Of a stretch of 64,000 nt of DNA, positions 22,892 through 33,871 are shown piece by piece. The position numbers and the translations under genes are program-made. The notes beneath the pieces were generated by a model. That model saw only the letters and a program-made list of their open reading frames with translations, made no database searches and was not told where the DNA came from. The number at the start of each line of letters is the position of its first letter. The stretch's first letter is position 1. Origin of the DNA: an uncultured Thermoleophilia bacterium (lineage in GTDB: Bacteria > Actinomycetota > Thermoleophilia > RBG-16-64-13); NCBI GenBank assembly GCA_963772095.1, contig CAVYVU010000010.1, forward strand, positions 3,917 through 67,916, read 5' to 3'.

Positions 22892-23948
22892 TCACGACCG
22901 AGCAAGTCCGGATAACACCTGAGCGGCCACTTCGCCGGCGACTTCCACTTGACGGCGGCTGACGTCCAGATGCGTGACGAAACGGATGCTCGTCCGCTTG
23001 GCCGCTCCGCACAGCACTCCACGAGCCTTGAGGGCCGCGATGGCTCCCTCCGCGTCGATGCCCAGACCGGCAAGTTCGGCGATGATGATATTGGTCTGCA
23101 CCGGGTGCGAGATCTCCAACCCGGGCACTTCACGCAGGAAGCGAGCCAGGATGACGGCGTTATCGTGGTCCTCGACCAAGCGGCTCACATTGTGGTCGAG
23201 AGCGAACAACGCCCCAGCGGCAAGGATGCCTACCTGTCGCATGGCTCCGCCGTACCGCTTGCGATTGAACCGGGCTTGTTCCACGAAATCGCGCGAGCCG
23301 GCCAGTGCAGAGCCGACCGGAGCTCCCAGCCCCTTTGAGAAGCACACGGAGACCGAGTCGGCGCAAGCCGCGTAGGCTCTCGAGTGGTGTCCCCGTGGCC
23401 ACGCTCGCATTCCAGAGACGGGCGCCGTCCAAATGGACGACCAACCCGTGCGCGTGGGCCACTCCCGCGATCTCCCGCATCAGCTCCAGCGGCCAGATGG
23501 TGCCGCCACAGCGATTGTGAGTATTCTCCATCTCCACGACTCGAGTCCGGGCGAAGTGCTCCGTTGTGGGCCGCATGGCTTCGATCACGCTCTGGGACTC
23601 GAGGAGTCCAAGCGCACCAGGGATCGGGCGGATTTGGAGGCCGGACAACGCCGCGGCCGAGCCGCCTTCGTAGTGGAGGATGTGCGAATCCTCCTGGGCG
23701 ATGACCTCGTCACCCGGGTGGGTGAGCGTACGCAGGCAGAGCTGATTGCCCATGGTGCCGCTGGGCACGAAAAGGGCGGCCTCCTTGCCCAGCAGCGCGG
23801 CCACGCGGTCTTGCAGCAGATTGACGGTGGGATCCTCCCGGTAGACGTCGTCGCCTACGGGCGCGTCGGCCATGGCTTTGCGCATGGCCGAGCTGGGCCG
23901 GGTGAGGGTGTCGCTGCGAAGATCGACGGGTTCGAGAGTGCCGCTCAT
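22892..23948 (-). pseudogene. ltaE: low-specificity L-threonine aldolase, one frame break near 23375
   Basis: DLRSDTLTRPS..GDDVYREDPTVN..GTMGNQ in ORF 23160..23948. It continues as ADSVSVCFSKGLGAPVGS.. in ORF 22892..23410. Confidence 0.85.
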
Positions 23949-23993
23949 GACTGCCTCCTGCTCACCGACGACCCCAGATCACACAAACCCTAT

Positions 23994-26140
23994 TCACCGC
24001 GGAGTGGCATCCGGGAGACCGCCATCCACGGGAATAGTCGCGCCGGTCGTGGGCGTCTGCCGGGTGGCGAAGTACAGTACCGCATTGGCCACATGCTCGG
24101 CGGTGACTCCCACTTTGAGGAGGTTCCGGCTGCGATAGTATGCCTCCAATCCTTCCTCGTCCAGGCCGCGGGCGCGCATCCGATCCGGACCTACCTCCGC
24201 CCACAGCCCCGACCGCCTGGCCCCATGCCCGAACACGGCATCGGGGGCGACCATGTTCACGCGCACATCGTAGTCCGCGAGTTCCAGGCTCGCGATGCGC
24301 GCCAACTGGTGTGCCGCTGCTTTGGTCGAGCTGTAGGCGCCGAACTTGGCCCCAGGCGCAAACACGTTCTTCGTCGAGACGAGCACGATATCCCCACCGG
24401 TGCCCTGGCGCTTGAAGTGACGCCCGCTCTCCGCGAGAACGAGCAGCGTCCCTTCGACGTTCACCCGCTCCAAAGTACGGAAACGCTCGAGATCGAGGTC
24501 TTCAAGGGACGCCACCATCGCAATACCCGCGTTGGCGACTACCAAGTCGACCCCGCCCCAATTCAGTGCCACCTCCGCGAATGCTCGGGCGATCGACCCC
24601 GCGTCCGTCACATCGAGCGACACGCCCATGACGCGGTCGCCGAAGCGAGACCCAAGCTCGGCAGTCAGGCTTTCAAGCGCCTCGCCCGGGCAGGTCCGTG
24701 ACCGCTACGGCGCAGCCTTGCTCCAGCAGCCCATGGGCTATCCCCGCGCCGATCGCCCCCGCTGCGCCGGTCACGATAGCCACGTGGCCGCTCAGCGGCG
24801 GCGGCGGGCCGGCCGCCAGCTTCGCGTGTTGCAGAGTCCTGTATTCCATGCGGAAAAGCTCGTCCTCGGGGAGGCCGACATACGACCCGGTGCTCCCCAC
24901 GAGAGCCTTCACGGCCAAGGTGTGAGCGCTTATGTCCCTTACGATGCGTTGCCTCGCGAAGATCGCGCCCCGCACAGAGAGCTCCCACGCCGGGTACGAG
25001 GATCACCCGCGGCAGACTGTCGAAGGGCTGCAATCCAGCCGGCATCTGTGCCGCGTGCCGATCCAGGTAGGCTTCGTAGTCCGCTTTGTACGCAGCGATG
25101 CAATCGTGGATCTGCCCGCGAAGCACGTCCGGCTGGTCGTGGGCCGGGTCGTCGATCCAGGCGGGCAAAGCCTTCGTCCGGATGAGGTGGTCCGTGGTCA
25201 GCGGAGCAGTCAGCGCCAGCTCTTTGGCTCCCGGGCGCGCGAGAAGATCCAGGACTTCGCGCGTAACGAGAGGAGTGACGACCATCCGCCGGTAATTCCG
25301 GTCCGGGCCTCCCCCCGGCTCCGCCAGCATGCCTCTCACAATCGGTGCTATCGCGGCTGCCCGGGCCTGAGCTACCTCGACCCCGATGGCACCGCCGACG
25401 GTGGCGGCGACTCGTACCAAGTTCGCTTCGCTCGGGGGCTCGGACGGCTCCGTCAATCTGGCGAGATAGGCCTCGGCGCGGGAGACCAGGTCGATCATCT
25501 GCTCATAGGATTCCCGTGCGCTATCTCCCCAGGTGACTATCCCGTGGTGGGCCCAGACCATCGCCTTACAGTGAGGCTGCTCTTCGAGAGCCGCAGCAAC
25601 AGTCTGCGCCAACTTGAACCCGGGCGTCACGTAGTCGAGGACGACCACCTCGTCACCCAGGGCTTGCCGGACAGCGGCCGCCCCACCCTGCCGGTTGGTG
25701 AGCGCGAGGATCGCGTCCGCGTGCGTGTGGTCGACGTACGTCCGTGGGATGAAAGCGTGGACGAGAGCCTCGATGGACGGCGTGGGACTATCGGCTCGAA
25801 GGAGGTGCGTCCGCAACTCGTTGACCATGGACTGGTCGTCCAACTCCGGTAGCCAGCGCAGCTTCAGAAGGTACGAGAGATCAAGACCGGGATGGCCCTC
25901 GGGCTCGATAGTGGCCATGTCCACGCCTGACGCCTTGACAAACAGCGCCTCCGCCAACTCACCGAGCACATTCTCCCAGGCACCCTTGACCGATGAATTC
26001 CCTCCACCGTGCAGCACCAGAGAGGGCTCGGACCCCAGGAGGCGGCTGGAATAGGTGCGAAGGGCCAGCGCTTCTCCCCAGCGTCCGGCGTAGCGAGCGA
26101 CGAAACCGGCTGCATCTTCTTCCGACCATCTCGAGCGCAT
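23994..26140 (-). pseudogene. bifunctional class-II aldolase/adducin-domain + short-chain dehydrogenase (rhamnulose-1-P aldolase/SDR-type), 2 frame breaks (near 24975 and 24690)
   Basis: The N-terminus (LVLHGGGNSSVK..VDHTHADAILAL) is typical of the fused aldolase/SDR family. The SDR part follows: VAIVTGAAGAIGAGIA in ORF 24673..24975, and YSSTKAAAHQL..PVDGG in ORF 23994..24629. Confidence 0.8.
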
Positions 26141-26153
26141 CGCACCGACCTCT

Positions 26154-26826
26154 CTAACCTTGAGCCTGCCGCTTCATCTGAGCGAGCATGAAGGCGGCGT
26201 TGGCACCCGGAGTCTTTCCGTCGAAGACCGCGCTCCCGGTGACGACCAGGTCGGCGCCGGTCGCGGCGACCTCCGCGATGTTCGCCTTCGTGACCCCACC
26301 GTCTATGCAGAGGAGGATATCGCGCCCGGAGTCCTCGATCATGCTCCTCACCCGCCGCGCCCGCGCGAATGTGGAGGGGATGAAGCTCTGCCCTCCCCAG
26401 CCTGGGTTCACGGCCAGCAGAACCACCATCTCGAGGTCGTCCATCAGAGGCTCGAGGGTCTCAAGCGGCGTGCCGGGATTGAGGGCCACACCCCTCACCG
26501 CTCGCTGTCCGGGCCGGCCGGGCATCCCAAGCTTCCCGAGTTCCTGAAGCGCACGGTGGATATGAACGGTAGATTCCACGTGCACGCGTCAACAGGTCGG
26601 CTCCCGCCGCCACGTACTCCGCCAGTTTCGGGATCGGGTCGTGCACCATGAGATGCACGTCCTTGAGCATCGAAGTATGCAGGCCTTTGATGAAGGCCGG
26701 GCCCACGGTCATCATGGGACAGAAGACGCCGTCCATGACGTCTAGATGGATTACGCCCACCCCGGCCTCTTCGATCGTCGTCAGTTCCCGGCCGAGGTCC
26801 ATCAGATCAGCCGTCAGCACACCCAC
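26154..26826 (-). pseudogene. rpe: ribulose-phosphate 3-epimerase family protein, one frame break near 26580
   Basis: HLDVMDGVFCPMMTVGP..VHLMV in ORF 26461..26826. ALNPGTPLE..LLAVNPGWGGQSFIP..IDGGV..GADLVVTGSA in ORF 26154..26585. The N-terminal boundary is uncertain. Confidence 0.8.
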
Positions 26827-26959
26827 GCTGATGGTGGGCCGGAGGCAGTCCCAGTTGGGCCAAGACTCCCGCGGGAGACAGACCGTCGTTCACCTGGCGC
26901 CCGCCCGCCCGCCGGGCGCGGCGCCCGCCAATCCGCGCGACCCTGCTCGCGGGAAAGGC

Positions 26960-27844
26960 TCATTTCTTCTCGTTCTTGAGCGTCAGGAAGAGGTCGTAGG
27001 CATCCTCGGGCTTCATCAGCTCATGGACGACCTTCGAAACGGCCTGGATCATGGCCGTCGGGGCGTCGGACTGGAAGATGTTGCGGCCCATGTCGACCCC
27101 GGAGGCGCCTTCGCTCACCGCGCGGTAGGCCATCTGCAGGGCGTCCAGTTCGGGCAGTTTCTTGCCCCCGGCCATTACCACGGGCACCGGGCAGGAGGCG
27201 GTCACCGTCTCGAAATCCTTTTCTATGTAGTACGTCTTGACGAACTGTGCCCCCAGCTCCGCGCACATCCGGCAGGCGAGGCGGAAGTAGCGCGCGTCGC
27301 GGGCCATGTCTTTGCCCACCGCCGTCACCCCGAGCGTCGGGATACCGTAGCGAAGGCCCAGATCGACGAGCGTGGTGAGGTTGTCGATCGACTGCGTCTC
27401 GTATTCCCCGCCGATGAAGACCTGGACGGCCATGGCCGCTACGTTGAGCCGGGCGGCATCTTCGACGTCGATCGCCAGGCGCTCGTTGGACAGGTCTTTC
27501 AAGACGCTCGGGCCGCCGCTCGCGCGCACCACGACTCCCTGGCCAAAACCAGGGGGTATGGTCGTGCGGAGGATCCCCCGCGTCAGCATGAGCGCGTCAC
27601 AGTAGGGAAGGAGCGGTACGATGTTCACGTCCACGCGCTCGAGTCCCGAGGTGGGACCCTGGAAATATCCGTGATCGATAGCTAGCATCACCGTGCGCCC
27701 AGAGGACGGGCGAAAGATGCGTGCGAGCCGATTCTGCATGCCCCAATCGAGCGCGGTGGAGCCTTTCAGGAAGAAAGCCTCACGTTTCACGGGAACGTCG
27801 AGGCAAAAATTCTTGGATTCTCTTACGTTGTCGGTATCAGCCAT
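26960..27844 (-). CDS. lsrF: LsrF-like class I aldolase / 3-hydroxy-5-phosphonooxypentane-2,4-dione thiolase homolog
   Basis: From the ATG at 27844, the 294-aa protein aligns by eye along its full length with E. coli LsrF ([38 protein letters not shown]; [15 protein letters not shown]). Confidence 0.8.
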   Translation of the reverse strand: MADTDNVRESKNFCLDVPVKREAFFLKGSTALDWGMQNRLARIFRPSSGRTVMLAIDHGYFQGPTSGLERVDVNIVPLLPYCDALMLTRGILRTTIPPGFGQGVVVRASGGPSVLKDLSNERLAIDVEDAARLNVAAMAVQVFIGGEYETQSIDNLTTLVDLGLRYGIPTLGVTAVGKDMARDARYFRLACRMCAELGAQFVKTYYIEKDFETVTASCPVPVVMAGGKKLPELDALQMAYRAVSEGASGVDMGRNIFQSDAPTAMIQAVSKVVHELMKPEDAYDLFLTLKNEKK

Positions 27845-27996
27845 CTTTGTCTCTCCGCTCGAGTCTTGGGGGCCGGATGACGAAGATTCTATCAGAGGGT
27901 CAGTTGTGGCCCGAAGAACCGGCAGGCTGATGCCAAGCAGAGGGCCGACCGAGCGAGGAGCTTGCTGACTGCGCGCGAATCTAAAACGACGGCGTA

Positions 27997-28848
27997 GTGA
28001 GCGATGGCAGGGGGAGCGGACAGGGGGCCATGAATAGATCTGAGCACATACGTTGCCGCGATTGCCAGACTTTGAACGACCCGGGGAGCGTGTTCTGCGC
28101 GCGCTGCGGATCTTCATTGCGTGGGCAAGGCCAACGAGGAGTCACTTACCATCCGCGCCGTCGCGGGCCTGGCCGGATCTTCTTGCGGTTCTTCCTGGCT
28201 CTGGTGCTGATCGGGGTCGTGCTTGGACTCGCGTACGTCGTGCTCCGCGGTACGAGCACCGGTCAAAGTGTCGCGAGCAACTCGAGCGTCGCGGGCACCT
28301 TGGCGTCCACCAGCACCACCCTCGCCTCTGGTGGTTCCGCTGGTGGCTCCCCTGACACAAGCGTCCCCGCCTCCGGAGACACGACGCTCACCACTGCGCC
28401 GCTCTCACAGATCAGGCCTCAAAGCGAAAGCGCCTCATCGTCGCTCCCGGCGACCAGCACGAACAACTTCCGCGCCCAGAATCTCTCCGACGACGACTTG
28501 ATGACCGTTTGGAGCGAAGGGGCCAGCGGCGCGGGCCTCGGGGAATGGGTCCGGTTCGACTTCGCCCGGTCGGTACAGCTTGCCCGCCTCGAGATCGCGA
28601 ACGGCAACCAGAAGAGCAAGACTTTGTTCACCGCCGACCCACGAGTGCGCACTTTGCGGATCGAGTACTCGAACGGAGCAGTGCAGATCGTCGAGCTGCG
28701 CGACACGGACGAGTTCCAATACGTGAACACACTCCAGAAGTCCACGGACTGGATCCGGCTCACGGTCGTCTCGGTCTATTCAAGCTACACGACTCCGGAT
28801 ACCTCGCTGTCGGAGGTGCGTTTCTACGAGCTCCCGGCCCAGCTGTAA
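27997..28848 (+). CDS. zinc-ribbon / TM / S,T-rich linker / discoidin-like (galactose-binding-like) domain membrane protein
   Basis: [19 protein letters not shown] zinc ribbon, TM segment ([23 protein letters not shown]), and a C-terminal ..[44 protein letters not shown]. The start may instead be the ATG at 28030. Confidence 0.65.
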   Translation: MSDGRGSGQGAMNRSEHIRCRDCQTLNDPGSVFCARCGSSLRGQGQRGVTYHPRRRGPGRIFLRFFLALVLIGVVLGLAYVVLRGTSTGQSVASNSSVAGTLASTSTTLASGGSAGGSPDTSVPASGDTTLTTAPLSQIRPQSESASSSLPATSTNNFRAQNLSDDDLMTVWSEGASGAGLGEWVRFDFARSVQLARLEIANGNQKSKTLFTADPRVRTLRIEYSNGAVQIVELRDTDEFQYVNTLQKSTDWIRLTVVSVYSSYTTPDTSLSEVRFYELPAQL

Positions 28849-30116
28849 GACCGGGCCGCCCCCCGGTGGATGGCATCCTTGCCGTACTTATCGCGGATGG
28901 CGTCGAGCTTGAGGTCGAGCTCACGCAGCAAGGGTAACTCCTGATCGAAAAGATCATCCTGCCACGCTCGCGGCACTAGATTGCTCACTCCTACCCCTAT
29001 CAGCCGCAAGTGATAGCGCCGCCTACGGCCTTGCCGGAACAACTCGAGCACTTCCCGAAACAAGATCTCGTCCACGTCTAACGGCCTGGACAAGGTGTGG
29101 GAACACGTATGAGTGACGAAATCCGAGTACCGGATCTTGATGGTGACCGTACGGGCTTCCAGCCGCTTGTGCCGGAGACGCCGGCACACATCCTCGGTGA
29201 GAGCGATCAGGGTCGACTCGAGGATACTGACGTCGCCGGTGTCTTCGTCGAAGGTATGCTCGCGAGAGATGGATTTGACCTCTGTCCGCGGTACCACCTG
29301 ACGAGGATCCTCGCCCCGAGCCCTATGGGCCAACATCTCTCCCCACTCGCCGAAAGACAGCCGCAGGAGATGCGAGGGCACCCGAACCAGATCGTCCACG
29401 GTAGCGACCCCTCGATCGCGCAGCTGCTGCAGCAACGCCGGCCCCACCCCTGGTAGCCGTTCCACCGGTAAAGGAGCCAGGAATTCGGCCTCCTTACCCG
29501 GAAAGACCACGGTGAAGCCTGCCGGTTTTTGATGATCGGAGGCGACTTTGGCTACCAGTTTGTTGGTAGCCAGGCCCACGGAGATGCTCAGGTTCAGCTC
29601 GTCCTGCACCCGTCGCTGGATGAGACGGGCCGTCCGCACCGGCGAGCCGAAGAGCTGCTCGGTGCCGGTGAGATCCACATAGGCTTCGTCCAGGCTCATC
29701 TGCTCCACCAAGGGCGAGTAGTCTTCTAGCATAATCATGAGGCGCCGTGAATACTCCTGATACAGATGATGGTTGCCGGTTATGAAGACCCCATGAGGAC
29801 AGAGACGGCGGGCGGTGCGGAGCGGCAGGGCCGAATGGACCCCATACCGCCGGGCGACATAATTAGCTGTGGCCACCACTCCCCTCTCCCCTCCGCCCAC
29901 GATGACAGGCTTCCCGCGCAGAGAAGAATCCAGGTTCTCTTCGACCGCGGCGAAGAAGGCGTCGAAATCAAGGTGCGCTATGACCCGATAGGGAGCCCGA
30001 GGCCGCTGAGACAACTGTTGGAACCGCCGTTGTGGCTGCCGGGCAGGTCGCTGGGACTGTTCGGACAGCCGCTGGGACTGCTGAGGCAGACTCTGGGATT
30101 TGACCGGCCCGTTCAT
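28824..30116 (-). CDS. dinB: DNA polymerase IV (Y-family) with a Q/S/R-rich N-terminal extension
   Basis: IAHLDFDAFFAAVE, SLDEAYVDLTG and other Y-family motifs. Start taken as the ATG at 30116 because the SOS box lies upstream of it. Confidence 0.9.
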   Translation of the reverse strand: MNGPVKSQSLPQQSQRLSEQSQRPARQPQRRFQQLSQRPRAPYRVIAHLDFDAFFAAVEENLDSSLRGKPVIVGGGERGVVATANYVARRYGVHSALPLRTARRLCPHGVFITGNHHLYQEYSRRLMIMLEDYSPLVEQMSLDEAYVDLTGTEQLFGSPVRTARLIQRRVQDELNLSISVGLATNKLVAKVASDHQKPAGFTVVFPGKEAEFLAPLPVERLPGVGPALLQQLRDRGVATVDDLVRVPSHLLRLSFGEWGEMLAHRARGEDPRQVVPRTEVKSISREHTFDEDTGDVSILESTLIALTEDVCRRLRHKRLEARTVTIKIRYSDFVTHTCSHTLSRPLDVDEILFREVLELFRQGRRRRYHLRLIGVGVSNLVPRAWQDDLFDQELPLLRELDLKLDAIRDKYGKDAIHRGAARSYSWAGSS

Positions 30117-30131
30117 ACCAATAAGGATAAA

Positions 30132-30145
30132 CGAACATTTGTTCG
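30132..30145. promoter_or_regulatory. LexA (SOS/Cheo) box upstream of dinB
   Basis: CGAACATTTGTTCG is a perfect GAAC-N4-GTTC palindrome of the Gram-positive LexA consensus. It sits 16 nt upstream of the dinB ATG. Confidence 0.75.
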
Positions 30146-30188
30146 TTGACAAGTCTCCTGTCGCTCGAGCCCGGCCTTCACGCGCACA

Positions 30189-31364
30189 CTAGCCTGTCTT
30201 CTTCGGCAGCCTGATAAAGACCGCCCCCACTGTCCCGAGCAAGGGGAAAGCAGCCAGTAACAAGTACCCGAATAGATAGCCTCGTTGCTGCGCGCCTGTC
30301 CCATACGCGTCGAGTACAAGACCCACCAGCCAAGGAGCCAGAAGGGCGACCAGCGCCGCCAGCACGTTCACCAGGCCAGTCGCAGGTCCGACTTGATCGG
30401 CTTTGTGCACCACGTCGGGCACAGCTGCCAGCACTGGTGGAAAGCCCACCATCGCTAGGAAGCCGATGAACACGACGCAGGCAAAAACGGTCGCCTGGGA
30501 CGGGAGTCCGGGAACCAAGACAGTGGCCAGGGTCATGAGGATGAGCGAGAGCAATAGCACGAACCGCTTACCCCATCGAGCCATCCCGGCCGCTCCCAGA
30601 GGCGTGGCAACGAGCTGAGCCAGCCCCACACCAGCAGTGAGATAGGCCGCAGTCCTGAGGGTAGCCGAATGATGTGCTTGCAAGAATTCGGGTGTCCAAG
30701 CGAGCAGCCCGACCGTCACAGCCATCGCCGCCCCGTTCATCAATGCCAGGAGAAGCACTTTCCTATTGACGGCCACGGTTCCAAGAGATCTGAGCGACCC
30801 TCCTTGGGTAGCACCCCCTTGGGAAACTTCCGGCAACACTCGAATCGATCGTTGGGGCAGTGTCACCCCGGCAATGACCACGCAAACGATGGCCACGGCC
30901 AAGAACACCGCACGGTACCCCCCTGCTTTTTCCACGCTGGGCAGGATGAGTAGCGTGGCGATCACCCCCAGTCCCTGACCGCAGCCGAATATCCCCCAGG
31001 CCCTGTCACGAAGGCGACCGCTAAGGCAGCGGGCCATGAGGGGGCTACAGATGGGGACCACAGAGCCGGCCCCAATACCCTGGAGGGCGCGCCCAGCGAG
31101 AAAGCCACCGTATGAAGAGCTGAAAGCGAAGAGGAGAGAACCCAGGACGACGCAACCGCTGGCCAACGCCAACATCCGGCCTCCCCAGCGAGCCGCGGCA
31201 AAGCCGACGGGAATTCCGACGACTGCCGAGGCGAACAGGAGAACCGAGGTGAGCAGCCCAATCTCCGACCCGCTGAACGAGTACTTGCCCTGAAGCTCTG
31301 CTGTCACCAGAGGCATCATGGAGATGAGCACCGATGCCATGGCCATGAACAGCATGAGCGACAC
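30189..31364 (-). CDS. MFS transporter (12-TM type)
   Basis: 391-aa hydrophobic ORF with an MFS-like pattern of repeated helices. Last gene of the co-directional IclR/Liv/AprAB-like unit. Confidence 0.75.
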   Translation of the reverse strand: MSLMLFMAMASVLISMMPLVTAELQGKYSFSGSEIGLLTSVLLFASAVVGIPVGFAAARWGGRMLALASGCVVLGSLLFAFSSSYGGFLAGRALQGIGAGSVVPICSPLMARCLSGRLRDRAWGIFGCGQGLGVIATLLILPSVEKAGGYRAVFLAVAIVCVVIAGVTLPQRSIRVLPEVSQGGATQGGSLRSLGTVAVNRKVLLLALMNGAAMAVTVGLLAWTPEFLQAHHSATLRTAAYLTAGVGLAQLVATPLGAAGMARWGKRFVLLLSLILMTLATVLVPGLPSQATVFACVVFIGFLAMVGFPPVLAAVPDVVHKADQVGPATGLVNVLAALVALLAPWLVGLVLDAYGTGAQQRGYLFGYLLLAAFPLLGTVGAVFIRLPKKTG

Positions 31365-31443
31365 GACGAGAATATCGGCGCGTCGCCTACCTGTGACGGC
31401 CGCCTCGTCCCCTGGCCGGATGATCTCCAGGTTAGATCCTATC

Positions 31444-31782
31444 TCACCAGCCCCCCACCGGCGGGCGATTATTGGAGGGAGGTGGGTCCTTCATACCTAT
31501 CCGGAAATGCTCCCCGGTGTCCTTTCTCTTCCAACCCGCTCTTTGGTTTAGAGGATGTTCCATCCATATCGCGCCGGGCACCGGGCAATGCCCCACACAG
31601 CAACCGCAGAACCAGCATTCGTCCGGGTACACAAGCAGAGGAGGTTCACCAGGGCTGGAGTTAGGCGCAAGGACGTCGGTCCGGCAGACTTCAACGCAGA
31701 CATTGCATCCGATGCAAAGGGCCGCATCGAAAACAACGGCCTGGCAGGGCGTGAGCGGGTTATTTACCAGGTAGGCTTCCAT
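31444..31782 (-). CDS. AprB-like 4Fe-4S ferredoxin subunit
   Basis: CIGCNVCVEVC plus PDECWFCGCCVGHCPVPGAI, which resembles the AprB PDMCWECYSCVKMCPQGAI cluster motif. AGGAG RBS overlaps the stop of the upstream flavoprotein gene. Confidence 0.7.
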   Translation of the reverse strand: MEAYLVNNPLTPCQAVVFDAALCIGCNVCVEVCRTDVLAPNSSPGEPPLLVYPDECWFCGCCVGHCPVPGAIWMEHPLNQRAGWKRKDTGEHFRIGMKDPPPSNNRPPVGGW

Positions 31783-31791
31783 TATGCGCTC

Positions 31792-33790
31792 CTAGTCCTC
31801 GCGCCCGCTGTGGGCCCGGTAGTTCGCTTCGTAGGTGGCAGCGTTGGGCGACAAGAGCCAATAGTTCCAGGGAATGTCACGGGTCCTTACCTCGTCCTCC
31901 TCGAGCCTAACGGTCACCAGCTTGTGCCATTCCGGCGGGTCGACCTCGGGATAGTCGATCCTCTTGAAACCGAGAGCCGGGCTACTCGCCCTTCGGCTGA
32001 GCGAGGCGTGCATCATGATCTCTCCCACGGTGAGCCGGACCGAACACTCCAAGCTTCGCATGAGCTCGTGCGGATTACGGGCGTGCAACTCCGACAGCTC
32101 CGTTTCTTTGATGCTGTCCAACCATTGGAGCCCCACATTGAGGGTCTCTTCGCTGCGGCATTCTCCACAGTAGTCCTGCATGATGCGACATAGACCAGCC
32201 TGGACTTCCTTCCATCCTGGCCCGGATTTTCGGCTGACCGGCGCATAGACTCGGGCCTTTTCTCTCTCCACTTGGTCCGCGATCGACCGAGATAGTGCGT
32301 TGCACCGACCGCGATATTCGGCCGCCTTGCGCCCGGCGTAGCGCCCGCTGGTCGCGGAGGCGGCGTGGTTGGCGCCGCCGGCCAGCTGCACGCCGGCGGC
32401 ATACAGACCCTCGAGTGATGTGCGCAGGTCCCAGTCGAACCAAAGCGCCGCCTCCATCCACGAGAAAGCCCGACTCCCTCCACTGGCGGACGGGCAGCCG
32501 TTCCACCAGGGCCGGAAGGTGTAGCCCTCGGGGGGCATCACATTAGCCTGCAGCAGATCCCGGTCCGGGTCGAAGCCCGCCTTGGTGTATACGCCGTACA
32601 CCGGGATGTGAGTGTTGCCCTCATGCCCTACCATGAGGCCGAAAATGGCCCTTCTCTCGTGGGCCGGCATGGACGGCAGGTCCGCGTAGAGAGGCAGCTT
32701 GTATTCCCCACTTGCGATTCGGTCCGGCAGATCGGGAATAAGACTGGGGCCCCGGTAGTCTTCCGGCGCGAAGGGCATCGACAGGAAGAATTTCTGCCCG
32801 GGGGCCGGAAGATAGCGCTCGGCCACCCCTGCGAGGATTCGCCCGTCCTTGTCCATCCACGGGATCTCCTTGCCCTCCGCGTCCACGATCGAACAGGCGT
32901 ACCAACTGTTGTGGGCGTTGCCGGTGCCGTAGGGCACTACCGAAAGCCCCCGGAATGTGGCGCACTCTTCTCCATGAGGGTGAGTTCAGCGCCCGCGTTC
33001 CAGGCCATAGCGCACCCATCGCCGGCGCAATTGGGATCGTCGTGAATGGCAGCGAATCCCTGCAGTTCGGTGGAGAAGACCCACATTCTCAGGGGCTGGG
33101 CGGTAGCCAGGATGGTGGCCTTCGCCGCGAACGTGTGGAATTCGCCCGTCCGCACGTTCACCCCGGTCGCCCCGATAACCCGGGCGCCTCGTTGCCCCCC
33201 TCGGTGAGGAGGCTCGTGGCCATGACCCGATCATAGACGTCGACCCCGAGGCGCTCGAGTTCCGCGAAGAGTGCCGGCTTGATGCCCCAGCCATAGACCC
33301 GGATGGTGTGCTTGTTCTCATAGTCGTAGGCAAAGAGGAGTTTGGTCTCCTCGTCCCGGAAATCGGCCCCGACGAACTCGTCCTGCACGTCTCGAATCTG
33401 GACGCCCATCTGCTCCAGGTCGAGCAGGGTGTCATAGCTCTCCTGCGCCAGGATGTAGCAGGTGATGCCGTTGCCGTACTCGGAGGTCACGCCGAACGGG
33501 AACTTGTCCACGATCCCTATCAGCTCTTCGGGGGTCACCTTGCTGCAGGGGTTGGTGCAGGCGGCATGCCAATGGTCGCAGCCGCCCCCTCCGGAGCCGC
33601 TGCGGATCACGGAACCCTTGTCGAGAACGGCCACTTTGGCCCCTCGGCGGGCGGCGTTGATGGCGGCATGACAGCCGGCGATGCCGCCCCCGATGACCAG
33701 TACGTCATAGGCCGCCTCGGTCTCCAAGCCGTACCGGATCGGGTAGGGCCATTCTTGAGCTAGCTGCTGAATCGTTTCGTGCGCTTCCAC
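31792..33790 (-). pseudogene. AprA-like FAD flavoprotein (fumarate reductase / APS reductase superfamily), 2 frame breaks (near 33160 and 32938)
   Basis: YDVLVIGGGIAGCHAAINAARRG dinucleotide fold in ORF 33158..33871. Middle part in ORF 32937..33161 and C-terminal 380 aa in ORF 31792..32937 (..LYAAGVQLAGGANHAASATSGRYAG..). Start proposed at the GTG at 33790, 7 nt after GGAGGA. Confidence 0.7.
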
Positions 33791-33871
33791 CTTGTGATCC
33801 TCCGAGCTCTGGTTGCCAGTTGCTGTGGGACCTTGTTCGCGGATCGGTCCGCGCACACAGACGTCCACCAC

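Noticed and set aside
29990-30110. Short tandem-like DNA repeats (CGCTGGGACTG units) suggesting a repeat array
   Set aside because: They lie in frame within the dinB N-terminal extension and encode a Q/S/R-rich peptide. There are only about 2-3 imperfect copies and no spacer structure, so this is not a CRISPR or VNTR array. The GAGCTGGAGGTCG repeats at 500..560, in the PPIase S/T-rich tail, have the same explanation.
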